The notes beneath the pieces are model-generated. The model was not told the origin of the DNA, made no database searches, and was given only the letters and a program-made list of their open reading frames with translations. The position numbers and the translations under genes are program-made. From contig ACYB01000037.1 of assembly GCA_000175855.1 (NCBI GenBank), positions 60,001 to 92,000 on the forward strand: a stretch of DNA of 32,000 nt, written 5' to 3'. Shown piece after piece: positions 9,308-20,095 of the stretch (within the stretch, counting starts at the first letter, position 1; each line of letters begins with the position of its first letter). This stretch comes from Raphidiopsis brookii D9. GTDB lineage: Bacteria; Cyanobacteriota; Cyanobacteriia; Cyanobacteriales; Nostocaceae.

Positions 9308-10354
9308 GTGAAACCTATAACTAATCATTCAAACCCCATCCAAAACCGTAAAGCAGACCATATAAGGATTTGTTTAGAAGAAGATGTGCAATCTGATCAA
9401 ATTACCACGGGACTGGAAAAATATCGATTTGTTCATTGTTGTCTACCAGAACAGGATGGTAAACAAATAGATATCAGCACCAAATTTCTCAACTGGGATT
9501 TGCGTGCTCCCCTATTAATCTCCTCTATGACCGGGGGTACCCAAAGAGCAGGTATTATTAATCGTCGGTTAGCGGAAATTGCCCAAAAATATAGACTAGT
9601 AATGGGTGTTGGCTCCCAACGTGTCCTCTTAGAAAAACCAGAGGTAGCTGATACCTTTGCCATTCGCCAATACGCCCCAGATGTGCTTTTATTTGCCAAT
9701 TTAGGTGCGGTACAACTCAATTATCAATGTGGCATAGATGAGTGCTTACGAATTATCGATGTTCTAGAAGCTGATGCTCTCATACTCCACATTAATCCTT
9801 TGCAGGAATTTATTCAACCCAGGGGTGACACCAATTTTTATGGACTACTTGACAAAATTGCCCAACTATGCAAACAATTGCCAATACCTGTAATTGCCAA
9901 GGAAGTAGGTAATGGAATTTCCGTCAACATGGCAGAAAAATTAATATCAGCAGGTGTACAAGCTATAGATGTGGCGGGTGCAGGAGGTACATCATGGGCT
10001 TTAGTAGAAAGTGAAAGAGCCGAGACCCCACTGCAACGAAGATTAGGCAAAACCTTTGCCAATTGGGGCATACCCACAGCAGAATGTATTACCACTATTC
10101 GCTCCCGGTTCCCACAACTACCCCTAATCGCTTCCGGAGGGTTGCGTAATGGGTTAGACGCAGCCAAGGCGATCGCTCTAGGGAGTGATATTGCTGGATT
10201 AGCAATGCCTTTTTTACAATCTGCGGATGTATCAATAACTGCACTAGAAGAGCTAACAGAAGTATTAATTGCGGAAATTACTACAGTATTATTCTGTACA
10301 GGTAATAGAAATTTGCATGAATTAAAGCAATCTAATTGTTTACAAAGTGTGTAA
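9308..10354 (+). CDS. fni: Type 2 isopentenyl-diphosphate delta-isomerase
   Basis: 348 aa ORF with [81 protein letters not shown] and [29 protein letters not shown] motifs. Confidence 0.96.
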   Translation: MKPITNHSNPIQNRKADHIRICLEEDVQSDQITTGLEKYRFVHCCLPEQDGKQIDISTKFLNWDLRAPLLISSMTGGTQRAGIINRRLAEIAQKYRLVMGVGSQRVLLEKPEVADTFAIRQYAPDVLLFANLGAVQLNYQCGIDECLRIIDVLEADALILHINPLQEFIQPRGDTNFYGLLDKIAQLCKQLPIPVIAKEVGNGISVNMAEKLISAGVQAIDVAGAGGTSWALVESERAETPLQRRLGKTFANWGIPTAECITTIRSRFPQLPLIASGGLRNGLDAAKAIALGSDIAGLAMPFLQSADVSITALEELTEVLIAEITTVLFCTGNRNLHELKQSNCLQSV

Positions 10355-10448
10355 TATTACATTACAATTAAAATATAATTGTGATAGAATAGGGAACAAC
10401 AACAAAATAATCCAAAATAATCAATAATTTGAAATCTAACAAAATCGA

Positions 10449-12272
10449 ATGAATAACTTTATTAAACAAACTCTTGCCAGTTTAATTGGCAGCTTATTAG
10501 GACTAAGTATTTTCTCTGGTGTTAGTTTTTTAGGCTTGTTGTTCTTGGTAATTGCTGCTACTAGCTCTCAAAGCACGGAACCACAAGTTAAAGATCAATC
10601 CATGTTAGTCTTTGACTTATCCGTAAAAATTACGGAAACCCAACCTAGCTATACAGAAGTTTTAGAAAAAACTCTCACCGGAGCGGGGGAAGAACAAATT
10701 ACCCTACGTCAACTAATAGGAGCATTAGAGCAAGCAGCAGAAGATCAAAGGATTGTAGGAATTTATATAAATGTTAGTGAGTCTAGCAAAGTTAGTAGTT
10801 TGGGTTATGCTTCCCTAAGAGAAATTCGTCAAGCTCTGGAAAAATTCCGCGCATCGGGAAAAAAAATAATTGCTTATGGTGTGGGTTGGAGCGAGCGGGA
10901 ATATTATCTAAGTTCTGTAGCAAATAAGATTTTCCTTAACCCTGTGGGAATGATAGAAATCAATGGACTAAGTTCACAACCAATATTCTTGACAGGAGCA
11001 TTGCAAAAATATGGTATTGGAGTGCAAGTGGTACGAGTAGGAAAATTTAAGGGAGCAGTTGAACCTTTGGTACTAGATAAACTGAGTCCAGAAAACAGAG
11101 AGCAAACCCAACAGTTATTAGATGATCTGTGGGGAGAATGGCGTAATTCCGTGGGAAAAAGCCGTAAAATTTCCCCGGAAATACTACAGGAGATTGCTAA
11201 CAACCAAGGTGTGTTAGAAGCAAAAGATGCAAAAGATAATGGTCTGATAGATGAAGTAGCCTATACAGACCAAGTGGTAGCTGATCTGAAAACAATAGGT
11301 ACCAGTGATAATGATGGTAAGAGCTTCAGGCAAATACCAATCGGTGACTATGTCCAAGCTAGTGAAATTGAAGAACAGCAGAATTCACAAAATAAAATTG
11401 CTGTAGTTTATGCAGAGGGAGAGATAGTAGATGGTGAGGGAGAAAGTTCCCAAATAGGAGGCGATCGCTATGCTAGGATCCTGCGGAAAATTCGCCAAGA
11501 TCAAGACATTAAATCCGTAGTTTTGAGAGTTAATAGTCCCGGAGGTAGTGCAACAGCTTCAGAAATTATAGAACGAGAAATTCAATTAACTAAACAAGTC
11601 AAACCAGTAATTGTTTCTATGGGTGATATAGCAGCTTCAGGGGGGTATTGGATTGCTAGTAATTCCGATCATATTTTTGCCGAACCTGGAACTCTTACAG
11701 GTTCAATAGGTGTATTTGGTGTGTTATTAAACGGTCAGAAATTGGCCAATAATAATGGTATTACTTGGGACACAGTAAAAACCAGCGAATTTGCAGATAG
11801 CCAAACTGTTTCCCGTCCTAAATCACCACAGGAACTGGCAATTTATCAACGCAGTGTCAACCGAATTTATAACATGTTTATCAATAAGGTTGTTCAGGGT
11901 AGAAAACTTCCCGAAACAAAAGTAGGAGAAATTGCACAAGGGAGAGTTTGGTCAGGTGCAACAGCAAAAGAAATCGGTTTAGTGGATGAGATTGGCGGAT
12001 TAAATATGGCCATTGAATATGCAGCGAAGAAAGCAAAATTAGGTAAAGATTGGCAAGTGGAAGAGTATCCGGAAGTAACCACTTTAGGAGAGCGTTTTTT
12101 TGGTAGAAAACTTGAAGAAACAATAATAGGGATACACAACCGGGACATAAGTCAAACTAATCCGCTCATAGCAGAATTAGAAAAAGTACGGAAAGAAACA
12201 AAAATCTTTCGCATCATGAATGACCCACAAGGAATTTATGCTCGTCTCCCTTTTAACTTTAACATTGATTAG
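10449..12272 (+). CDS. sppA: Signal peptide peptidase SppA (67K type)
   Basis: 607 aa ORF. N-terminal TM, VVLRVNSPGGSATASEIIEREIQLTKQVKPVIVSMGDIAASGGYWIASNSDHIFAEPGTLTGSIGVFG (Ser nucleophile region) and the tandem N-terminal domain with catalytic Lys region. Confidence 0.95.
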   Translation: MNNFIKQTLASLIGSLLGLSIFSGVSFLGLLFLVIAATSSQSTEPQVKDQSMLVFDLSVKITETQPSYTEVLEKTLTGAGEEQITLRQLIGALEQAAEDQRIVGIYINVSESSKVSSLGYASLREIRQALEKFRASGKKIIAYGVGWSEREYYLSSVANKIFLNPVGMIEINGLSSQPIFLTGALQKYGIGVQVVRVGKFKGAVEPLVLDKLSPENREQTQQLLDDLWGEWRNSVGKSRKISPEILQEIANNQGVLEAKDAKDNGLIDEVAYTDQVVADLKTIGTSDNDGKSFRQIPIGDYVQASEIEEQQNSQNKIAVVYAEGEIVDGEGESSQIGGDRYARILRKIRQDQDIKSVVLRVNSPGGSATASEIIEREIQLTKQVKPVIVSMGDIAASGGYWIASNSDHIFAEPGTLTGSIGVFGVLLNGQKLANNNGITWDTVKTSEFADSQTVSRPKSPQELAIYQRSVNRIYNMFINKVVQGRKLPETKVGEIAQGRVWSGATAKEIGLVDEIGGLNMAIEYAAKKAKLGKDWQVEEYPEVTTLGERFFGRKLEETIIGIHNRDISQTNPLIAELEKVRKETKIFRIMNDPQGIYARLPFNFNID

Positions 12273-12307
12273 AAAATGAAAATAAGGATTCCCCAGGGAA
12301 TCCTCTT

Positions 12308-13989
12308 TCAAAGAGATCTAATAGCAGCAATGGGCATTCTCCAACCTGTACCAAAAGCTCTATCGGTAATTTTCAGTCCCGGTGCTGCTTGTCGACGCTT
12401 AAACTCCGATCCAGCAACTAGCTTGATTACCCGATTTACAATCCCTAAATCATGACCTCCAGCTATTATTTCCTCTACTGATTGATGTTGATTGATTAAA
12501 CGCTGTAGAATATCATCTAGAATATTATATGGTGGTAAGGAGTCTTGATCAGTTTGACCAGGCTTGAGTTCTGCACTGGGAGGCTTGGTCAAAATGTTTT
12601 GGGGAATGACCTCTTGTTGATTTTGACCATTCAACCAATTACAAATAGAATAAACCCGGGTTTTTGGCACGTCCGCAATTACTGCTAAACCTCCATTCAT
12701 ATCACCATAAAGGGTGCAGTAACCAACAGCAATTTCTGATTTATTACCGGTGGATAAAAGCAGGTAACCAAATTTATTGGATATTGCCATCAATAGAATA
12801 CCTCGAATACGAGACTGAATATTTTCTTCAGCAATTCCAAATTCTGTACCTGTAAATAATTCAAATAAGGTATGGTCAAAACTTTTCATTAATTCACCAA
12901 TGGGCAAAATTTGGGTTTTAATCCCTAAATTCTGCCCTAATTTAAGAGCATCGCTAACAGAATGTTGGGAACTATAGGGAGAAGGCATTAACACGCCTAA
13001 AACATTTTCTTTCCCCAATGCAGCAGTAGCAATAGCAGCAACTAAGGCTGAATCTATACCACCACTTAAACCTAAAATCACTTGAGAAAACCGACATTTT
13101 TTCACATAATCCTTCACCCCCAAAACTAAAGCGTGCCATATTTCCTCATCCTCTGATTCATAGATGGGAGCAATCGGATTTTGGTCTGGGTTGGAAGCCA
13201 ATTCCACCTCTTGTGTATGTTGATTGAATTCTACTATGAGAAAATCTGGAGTGAAACCCCGACCTCGATATAGAATTTCACCCTGGGAGTTGACAGCAAA
13301 ACTATAACCATCAAATATTAAATCATCATTACCACCAACTTGATTAGTGTAAATTATAGGTTGCTGAAAGTTTACAGCGGTATGTCTTAACATTGCTTCT
13401 CTGGTTTTCTGTTTACCAACCGTATAAGGAGAAGCAGATAAGTTGACTATCAAATCTACCCCCACAACCGATAAATCAGCAATGGGATTCACCGCGTAAC
13501 ACTTTTTGCCCCAAAATTCTTCATCATTCCACAAATCTTCACATATAGTCACACCAATGTTAACACCATCTAATGTAAAGTAGTTGGGGTTTAACCCAGG
13601 CTCAAAGTATCTTTTCTCGTCAAAAACATCGTAGGTAGGTAATAGTCTTTTGTGAAAATATTGTTGAATTTTCCCCTTTTCTAACCAAGCAACACTATTA
13701 AATAAATTTTTCCCCCCCTAATGTGATGTTCTCCATTCCGAACTACAGTTCCTACCAAAACTGCTAGATGAGGTGGTAAATTTTGAGCTAGTTCTTGTAA
13801 GCTCATATCCATGGCTTCCACAAATCCAGGATTTAATAGTAAATCTCTTGGCGGATAGCCACATAAAGAAAGTTCTGGTGTTAACAACAAACGTACATCA
13901 TTTGCTTGCTGTGCGATTTCTAGGATTTTTTGACAATTTCCTTTTACGTCGCCAATAATGGGATTTAGTTGGGCAATGGCTATTTTCAT
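12308..13989 (-). pseudogene. nadE: Glutamine-dependent NAD+ synthase, interrupted by a -1 frameshift (real pseudogene or sequencing error)
   Basis: N-terminal part 13681..13989 (MKIAIAQLNPIIGDVKGNCQKILEIAQQANDVRLLLTPELSLCGYPPRDLL, nitrilase-like glutaminase) and remainder 12308..13552 (VTICEDLWNDEEFW; VILGLSGGIDSALVAAIATAALG; LLSTGNKSEIAVGYCTLYGDMNGG). One missing base in the coding-strand G7A5 tract (plus 13707..13718) separates them; restoring it reads ...RGGKNLFNSVAWLEKGKIQQYFHKRL continuously into the second ORF. Confidence 0.92.
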
Positions 13990-14038
13990 AGTGTAGTTTC
14001 AGTAATATAAACCTGGTAGTTAAAAATCTAAATCACTA

Positions 14039-14797
14039 CTAAATAAATACTAATGGTTTATCCTTAAATGGTGCAAACGCTTGGGCATCAAACTTATATA
14101 AACTTGCAGGACGACCAGCTCCCCTACAAACCTTACTTCCCGTATCTAGTAAAAAACCGAGTTTTAACAACCGGGATCTAAAATTAGAATAATCAGAAAA
14201 GTTTTCTCCTAAAACTGTTGTGTATAACTGATATAACTCATTCAGGGTGAAGTTTTCCGGTAATACATCAAACGCTATCGGACTATATTCTAATTTATTT
14301 TTCAGTCTCTTGTGCCCATAGCTAATTATTTGATCGTGATCAAAGGCTAATTCTGGTATTTTCTTCACGGGATGCCATGCAGTACAAGCAACTTTATTAG
14401 TGATTAGTTCTGCTTCTTCAAATCTCACTAAAGCAAAATAACTTACTGACACATAACGCACCCCATAACTATTGCTTTTTTCCCTGGGATCTCTATGTGG
14501 ACCGCCAAAAGTGTATAGTTGATCCAAGTATAAATTACTTACCCTAATTTTTTCTGCCATAATTCTGTAAGCAGCATCCTCTAGAGATTCACCCTGACGC
14601 ACCAAAGTACCAGGGAGACTCCAGAAATTCAAAAATGGCTCTTGTTGTCGCATTACCAATAAAACCAACAGACGATTTCTGACAGTATCTACGGAGAAAA
14701 TCACATTATCAACACCTACCTTAAAATTCGCTAAACTCCCTTGAGACCTGGAATTTGTACAAGTTGTTTGATTACTTGTTTGATTACTTAATAGCAT
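14039..14797 (-). CDS. nrtR: Nudix-domain protein with C-terminal winged helix, NrtR-like regulator of NAD biosynthesis
   Basis: 252 aa ORF. Nudix-type domain LLVLLVMRQQEPFLNFWSLPGTLVRQGESLEDAAYRIMAEKIRV followed by a wHTH-like region (FTLNELYQLYTTVLGENFSDYSNFRSRLLKLGFLLDTGSKVCRGAGRPASLYKFD), adjacent to nadD and nadE. Confidence 0.82.
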   Translation of the reverse strand: MLLSNQTSNQTTCTNSRSQGSLANFKVGVDNVIFSVDTVRNRLLVLLVMRQQEPFLNFWSLPGTLVRQGESLEDAAYRIMAEKIRVSNLYLDQLYTFGGPHRDPREKSNSYGVRYVSVSYFALVRFEEAELITNKVACTAWHPVKKIPELAFDHDQIISYGHKRLKNKLEYSPIAFDVLPENFTLNELYQLYTTVLGENFSDYSNFRSRLLKLGFLLDTGSKVCRGAGRPASLYKFDAQAFAPFKDKPLVFI

Positions 14798-15369
14798 TAA
14801 ATGTATAACCTCTCACGATTAATATAGGCAATTACGGGAGCTGTGAGAGTTTGTAGATTTTTTTGCTGACGAAAATTGGTTGATGACACATCTAAACCTT
14901 TAGTACTGGCGATCGCCATTTGTCCCCCTAATTGTCTAATTTTATGTAAACTATCATCTTCTATAATATATCCAGGTCGAGGAATGACCAATAATTGGAC
15001 TTGTTGTAGCAAATCACTAATTCTATACCACCTGGGTAATTGGTTAACTAAGTCAGAACCAATTACTAAAGTATACTTCACATCATTTCCCCATTTTAAT
15101 TTTGCCCTTTCTAGGGTTTCTAAGGTGCGCCAACTACTCAATTCCTGTGCTAATATAATATTATTTAATTTATCTAATGGAGGCCGAATATCAGAAATTA
15201 ACAACTGCAACATAGCAGCACGATGTCCCAGGGGTGTCTGCTGTTCTTTCATGGGGTTATCGGCCGCCCAAACCGCTACCCAATCATAATTTTCAGATAG
15301 CCATTTGATAATTCTTTGATGTCCAGCTGTGGGTGGATCTGCACTTGTGCCAAATAATGCGATATTCAT
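14797..15369 (-). CDS. nadD: Nicotinate-nucleotide adenylyltransferase
   Basis: 190 aa ORF: MNIALFGTSADPPTAGHQRIIKWL (nucleotidyltransferase GTSADPPTxGH), VIGSDLVNQLPRW, and C-terminal LDVSSTNFRQQ (the usual ISSTxxR position). Stop overlaps the nrtR start as TAATG. Confidence 0.92.
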   Translation of the reverse strand: MNIALFGTSADPPTAGHQRIIKWLSENYDWVAVWAADNPMKEQQTPLGHRAAMLQLLISDIRPPLDKLNNIILAQELSSWRTLETLERAKLKWGNDVKYTLVIGSDLVNQLPRWYRISDLLQQVQLLVIPRPGYIIEDDSLHKIRQLGGQMAIASTKGLDVSSTNFRQQKNLQTLTAPVIAYINRERLYI

Positions 15370-15707
15370 AAATGTAGGATACGTAATAAATAGATTTATA
15401 CAGTTTTAGTTTGCTACAAATCAGCTTCAGATTTTAACAACTTTTATCGTTAAGTACAAACATAACCTTGAGGTAACCGGATTACTAGCTGATAAAGGTC
15501 GGTCAGCAAGCTATAATTTTGAGAGTACAGATTTAATTCTCGATTCCCATAACCATAATCTGTATTGATAAAGGTGATCATATACTCATGTAAATGTTGA
15601 CAAAATTCCCTGATTTGGCTTATTCTTTTATGGTAGCTTTCACCATAAATAATGTCAAGTCATCAGGTGTTAACAGGTCACCGAGAATGGATTGGAGTAG
15701 GTTTTAA

Positions 15708-17615
15708 ATGGTAAATACTATGACGACAAATACTGGTAGAAAAACATTGGAAAAACCCTGGTTAAAAAAGGTTCCAGCCAAAAGATTCGCTTGGACTGGA
15801 GTATTAGTAGCCACGATGATTATGCTACCAGAAATTGTGGGTAGTCCAGTCTTGGCACAAAAAATTGAGCGTATTAATTCTTTATCCTATGGACAGTTAC
15901 TGCAGAAGACTAAGTTAGGACAGGTTAAAAGAGTAGAAATTGATGAAGGTGAACAAATAGCTAAGGTGTATTTGGTCGGGCATAAACCTGGTACAGCGCC
16001 CATATCAGTGAGACTGTTAGATCAAAACAGTGAGTTAATCGGTAAACTGAAGGAGAAAAAAGTTGAGTTCGGCGAGATTTCCACAGCTGGTAGCAGAGCA
16101 ACCATTGGTTTACTAATCAACCTGATGTGGATTTTGCCACTGTTAGCTTTAATTATGTTGTTGCTGCGACGTTCTGCTAGTAGTTCCAACCAGGCATTGA
16201 ATTTTGGCAGATCTCGGGCCCGGTTTCAAATGGAGGCTAAAACCGGGGTAAAATTTGATGACGTAGCCGGAATTACCGAAGCTAAGGAAGAACTACAGGA
16301 AGTAGTGACATTTTTACAACAACCGGAAAAATTTACTGCTGTGGGGGCAAAAATTCCCAAGGGTGTACTATTGGTTGGACCACCGGGAACTGGTAAGACC
16401 TTATTGGCAAAAGCCATTGCTGGGGAAGCATCTGTGCCATTTTTCAGCATTTCTGGCTCGGAATTTGTGGAAATGTTTGTGGGTGTGGGCGCTTCTCGGG
16501 TGCGAGACCTGTTTAAAAAAGCTAAGGAAAATGCCCCCTGTATTATCTTTATTGATGAAATTGATGCTGTGGGTAGACAGAGAGGAGCAGGTATTGGTGG
16601 TGGTAATGATGAAAGAGAGCAAACCCTAAATCAGTTGTTAACGGAAATGGATGGTTTTGAAGGCAATAATGGGATTATTATTATTGCTGCTACGAACCGT
16701 CCAGATGTGTTAGATTCTGCCCTGTTACGTCCCGGTCGTTTTGATAGGCAGGTAATTGTAGATGCACCAGACTTAAAGGGACGTTTAGATATATTGGCGG
16801 TCCACGCTCGAAATAAGAAATTAGACCCCACCATCTCTTTGGAGGAAATTGCCCAGCGCACCCCCGGTTTTACCGGTGCAGACCTGGCTAATCTGCTCAA
16901 TGAAGCAGCTATTTTGACAGCTAGACGGCGCAAGGAAGAAATTACTATGCTGGAAATTAATGATGCTGTGGATCGGGTTGTAGCTGGTATGGAAGGTACA
17001 GCTTTAGTTGATGGCAAAAGTAAACGTTTAATTGCCTATCATGAAGTGGGTCATGCGTTGGTCGGTACATTAGTTAAAGATCATGATCCTGTACAAAAGG
17101 TTACTTTGATACCAAGGGGACAAGCTTTGGGTCTAACTTGGTTTACACCTAATGAAGACCAGGGTTTAGTATCTCGCTCTCAAATGTTAGCTCGCATTAT
17201 GGGAGCTTTAGGGGGGCGTGCTGCTGAAGAAATTGTCTTTGGCAAAGCGGAAGTAACTACTGGTGCAGGTAATGACTTACAACAGGTGACAACCATGGCT
17301 AGACAAATGGTGACTCGATTTGGCATGTCCGACCTGGGTTTATTATCTCTCGAAAGTCCCAGTCAAGAAGTATTTTTGGGGAGAGACTGGGGAATGAAAT
17401 CAGATTATTCTGAGCAAATTGCTGCCAAAATTGATGTTCAAGTCAGAGACATTGTTAGTACCTGTTATACCAAAGTAAAAGAAATGTTGCAGGAAAATCG
17501 CATGACTATGGACCGCTTAGTTGAAATGCTGATGGTGGAAGAAACCATTGATGGAGATTTATTCCGTAATATTGTTGAAAAAAATAAGTTTGATAAAATA
17601 CCAGTAGCTATATGA
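15708..17615 (+). CDS. ftsH: ATP-dependent zinc metalloprotease FtsH
   Basis: 635 aa ORF with [36 protein letters not shown], second region of homology [20 protein letters not shown], and zinc site HEVGHALVG. Confidence 0.97.
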   Translation: MVNTMTTNTGRKTLEKPWLKKVPAKRFAWTGVLVATMIMLPEIVGSPVLAQKIERINSLSYGQLLQKTKLGQVKRVEIDEGEQIAKVYLVGHKPGTAPISVRLLDQNSELIGKLKEKKVEFGEISTAGSRATIGLLINLMWILPLLALIMLLLRRSASSSNQALNFGRSRARFQMEAKTGVKFDDVAGITEAKEELQEVVTFLQQPEKFTAVGAKIPKGVLLVGPPGTGKTLLAKAIAGEASVPFFSISGSEFVEMFVGVGASRVRDLFKKAKENAPCIIFIDEIDAVGRQRGAGIGGGNDEREQTLNQLLTEMDGFEGNNGIIIIAATNRPDVLDSALLRPGRFDRQVIVDAPDLKGRLDILAVHARNKKLDPTISLEEIAQRTPGFTGADLANLLNEAAILTARRRKEEITMLEINDAVDRVVAGMEGTALVDGKSKRLIAYHEVGHALVGTLVKDHDPVQKVTLIPRGQALGLTWFTPNEDQGLVSRSQMLARIMGALGGRAAEEIVFGKAEVTTGAGNDLQQVTTMARQMVTRFGMSDLGLLSLESPSQEVFLGRDWGMKSDYSEQIAAKIDVQVRDIVSTCYTKVKEMLQENRMTMDRLVEMLMVEETIDGDLFRNIVEKNKFDKIPVAI

Positions 17616-17685
17616 TACAGGCGATCGCACGGACTAAATCCCCAGGCGATCGCTGCGTTTATTGTACAATTTTAGGAAGAATAAA

Positions 17686-17727
17686 CACTCAAGCACAGAG
17701 ATGTTAAGGTGAACATCTCCGTGAGTG
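17686..17727. promoter_or_regulatory. Imperfect stem-loop downstream of ftsH (possible 3' stabiliser or terminator-like element)
   Basis: CACTCAagcacaGAGATGTTaaggtgAACATCTCcgTGAGTG: an 8-bp perfect inner stem and a 6-bp outer stem separated by an asymmetric internal loop. No T-run follows. Confidence 0.4.
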
Positions 17728-17982
17728 TGGCAGTATCGAGTACATTTAACCTAGGTGATTATCAGTGTTCGGGCAGAAAATTCAGCAGCAATTGTATGTT
17801 ATCTTGACCTCTCTGGATAATCTACATCGAAGAGATGTAAATTAGCCCGCTGAGCAAGGTCAAAGCAATACAAGGAATAGAGTTGCAGTTTTTGTTGAGT
17901 CATAGGTTTAGCACCAAAATGTTTCTTACATTAAGTTGTTATATACCTCTTCTGATTTTTCCTCTCCCACCCGGAACAGTTA

Positions 17983-18948
17983 CTAAAAGTTATAAAAAAT
18001 TATGCGATCCTGACCTACGGGTAGGATTTCATCTGGAATCAGTTGTGTTGGATTTCCCTCAGTCATGTTTTTAAATAGCACTGTAAACGCACCAGCACCC
18101 AAACCATCCTGGGGGAACATTCGATAACAGGGAATAGTGGTTAAATTAGACCTGTAGGTAGAAAGAGGACTAACTTCTACAGGTTTAAATTGGGGAAATC
18201 GCTCTAAAAACCATGTACAGACTTGTTCATTTTCTTCTGGAGAGTAGGTGCAAGTCATATAAACTAAATAACCTTGGGGAGCAACAATCCCTGCGGAATT
18301 AGCAATAATCCGTTTTTGACGATTGGCATTTTTATTAATTACTGTTTGGTGAAAACATCCGGGAGCTTTCTCTCTCTTTGCTAGTAAGGACTGACCGCTA
18401 CAAGGTGCATCAACTATAACTAAACTCATAGATTGTTTCAGCATTTGAGCCAAAATGCTAGTATCTCGATTCAGTACGTAACCAGGTTGAATTTGACAAC
18501 GCTTTAAATTAGAGATTAGCATTCCTAGTCGTTTGCCAATTACTTCATTACTAACAATTAAATCCGGTTTTAATGCTTTCCATGCGAATATACTTTTACC
18601 TCCAGGTGCTGCACATACATCCAATACTAAAGGAGTAGGTTGCTCTATGGTTAATAATACAGATGCTGCAAATATAGAAGAAAAGTCTAAACAGTAAAAA
18701 GCTCCTGCTTGATGGAGAGCATGTTGACCAGGTCTTTCCCCCACTTGTAGACGATCTATAAATTTGGGTTGCCATGATGTTGGAGTCTCCGTAGTGAATG
18801 GCCGTGTTTCTGGAGGATTTTGACACCAAAGGATAGAAGGTGAAAAGGGTTGGGGATGAACTAAAGCTGCTATAAATTTTGCCTCTTCATCAGGGTTATC
18901 AAATAAACGATGGGCAAGTTTTAGTAATAAATTAGAAGGTTGTTCCAT
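17983..18948 (-). CDS. RsmB/NOP-family class I SAM-dependent RNA methyltransferase
   Basis: Start taken at MEQPSNLLLKL (18948) rather than the track start at 18978. Motifs: LVLDVCAAPGGKSIFAWKAL, VIVDAPCSGQSLLAK, VYMTCTYSPEENE. Confidence 0.9.
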   Translation of the reverse strand: MEQPSNLLLKLAHRLFDNPDEEAKFIAALVHPQPFSPSILWCQNPPETRPFTTETPTSWQPKFIDRLQVGERPGQHALHQAGAFYCLDFSSIFAASVLLTIEQPTPLVLDVCAAPGGKSIFAWKALKPDLIVSNEVIGKRLGMLISNLKRCQIQPGYVLNRDTSILAQMLKQSMSLVIVDAPCSGQSLLAKREKAPGCFHQTVINKNANRQKRIIANSAGIVAPQGYLVYMTCTYSPEENEQVCTWFLERFPQFKPVEVSPLSTYRSNLTTIPCYRMFPQDGLGAGAFTVLFKNMTEGNPTQLIPDEILPVGQDRIIFYNF

Positions 18949-18952
18949 TCCT

Positions 18953-20061
18953 CTATTCAGCAATAATATGTAAATCAATGTTTTGATTGCGAATCAAGTC
19001 TACAAGTCGCTGGGTAAAAGAACCTTTAAACCATCTTTGCCACCTAGGTTGTTGGCTTTCACCAATAACAATTTGGGTAATGTGATACTTAGCCGCGATT
19101 TGAGCAATTTCTCGAGCAACATTTTGACTTTTGACATGCAAAAATTCACCCCCAAATTCCCTACATAATTTCTCACAAGTATCAATATGACCAGCTTCTT
19201 TCTTGCTGAGGAATCGCTCCGGATCTGCTACAAGAACCCCATATAGTCTTGCATTCATATAATTAGCAATGCGGGCACCTCTACGGAGTAACTGTACTGA
19301 ATTAGGATAAGTAGAAACACAAACCAGGACTCGTTCATGAATATTACAACTAGATGGTTCCAGACTAGAAGTGTTTGCTTCTTCTTCAACCGTATCCGCC
19401 ACTTCCCGCAAGGATAACTCTCGTAGAGCTATCAAATTGCGACGCTGGAAAAAATTTTTCAAAGACTGCTCAACTTGACTGTGGGGGTAAATTTTCCCTT
19501 CACGCAATCGTTCCTCCAAAGTTTCTGGAGTAATATCAATCACCACAACCGCATCAGCTTCATCAAGCAGGCGATCTGGAATCCTTTCTCTGACTACAAT
19601 ACCAGTAATTCTCGCCACTATGTCATTTAAACTTTCTATGTGCTGAATATTAACCGTAGAGTAAACATCAATTCCACTCTCTAAAATCACCTCCACATCC
19701 TGATATCGTTTTTCCCGTGGAGATCCGGGGATGTTAGTATGGGCCAGTTCATCAATTAACACTAACTGGGGAGAGCGATCCAATATGGCATCTGTATCCA
19801 TTTCTGCAAGAGTTATGTTCTCCTTAACCATGACTCTTTTAGGAATCATTTCCAGTCCAGTAGCTTTTTGAGCAGTCTCTTTGCGTCCATGAGTTTCTAA
19901 AATGCCAATAATGACATCAATTCCCTCCTGTTTGAGTTGATGTGCTTCTTCGAGCATTTTATAGGTTTTACCCACACCAGGAGCCATACCAATAAAGATT
20001 TTATGTTTTCCTCGTTGGTGGGGGTAGTATAATAACTATTAGGATCTTGTGCAGTTGGCAT
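18953..20061 (-). pseudogene. kdpD: KdpD N-terminal sensor domain plus universal-stress-protein-like domain (short cyanobacterial form); 5' end interrupted by a -1 frameshift
   Basis: ORF 18953..19987 starts inside the conserved block MAPGVGKTYKMLEEAHQLKQEG. Upstream in frame are ...PHQRGKHKIFIG, then a TAG with no start between. MPTAQDPNSYYTT from ATG at 20061 lies in the adjacent frame. One extra C in the coding-strand C5 tract (plus G5, 20020..20024) gives MPTAQDPNSYYTTPHQRGKHKIFIGMAPGVGKTYKM. The gene ends after the USP domain, with no histidine-kinase domain. Confidence 0.88.
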
Positions 20062-20095
20062 AACATACCATGAGACCACCTGATCCTAATATACT

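Noticed and set aside
11881-12148. Antisense ORFs in the 3' part of sppA
   Set aside because: Shadow ORFs of the SppA coding region.
16226-17017. Antisense and alternate-frame ORFs inside ftsH (16226..16450, 16363..16629, 16401..16622, 16631..17017)
   Set aside because: They overlap the highly conserved AAA domain of FtsH and lack independent protein character.
19897-20079. Minus-strand 60-aa ORF MVSWYVMPTAQDPNSYYTTPTNEENIKS...
   Set aside because: Not a separate gene. Its first part is the true N-terminus of KdpD-N before the homopolymer frameshift.
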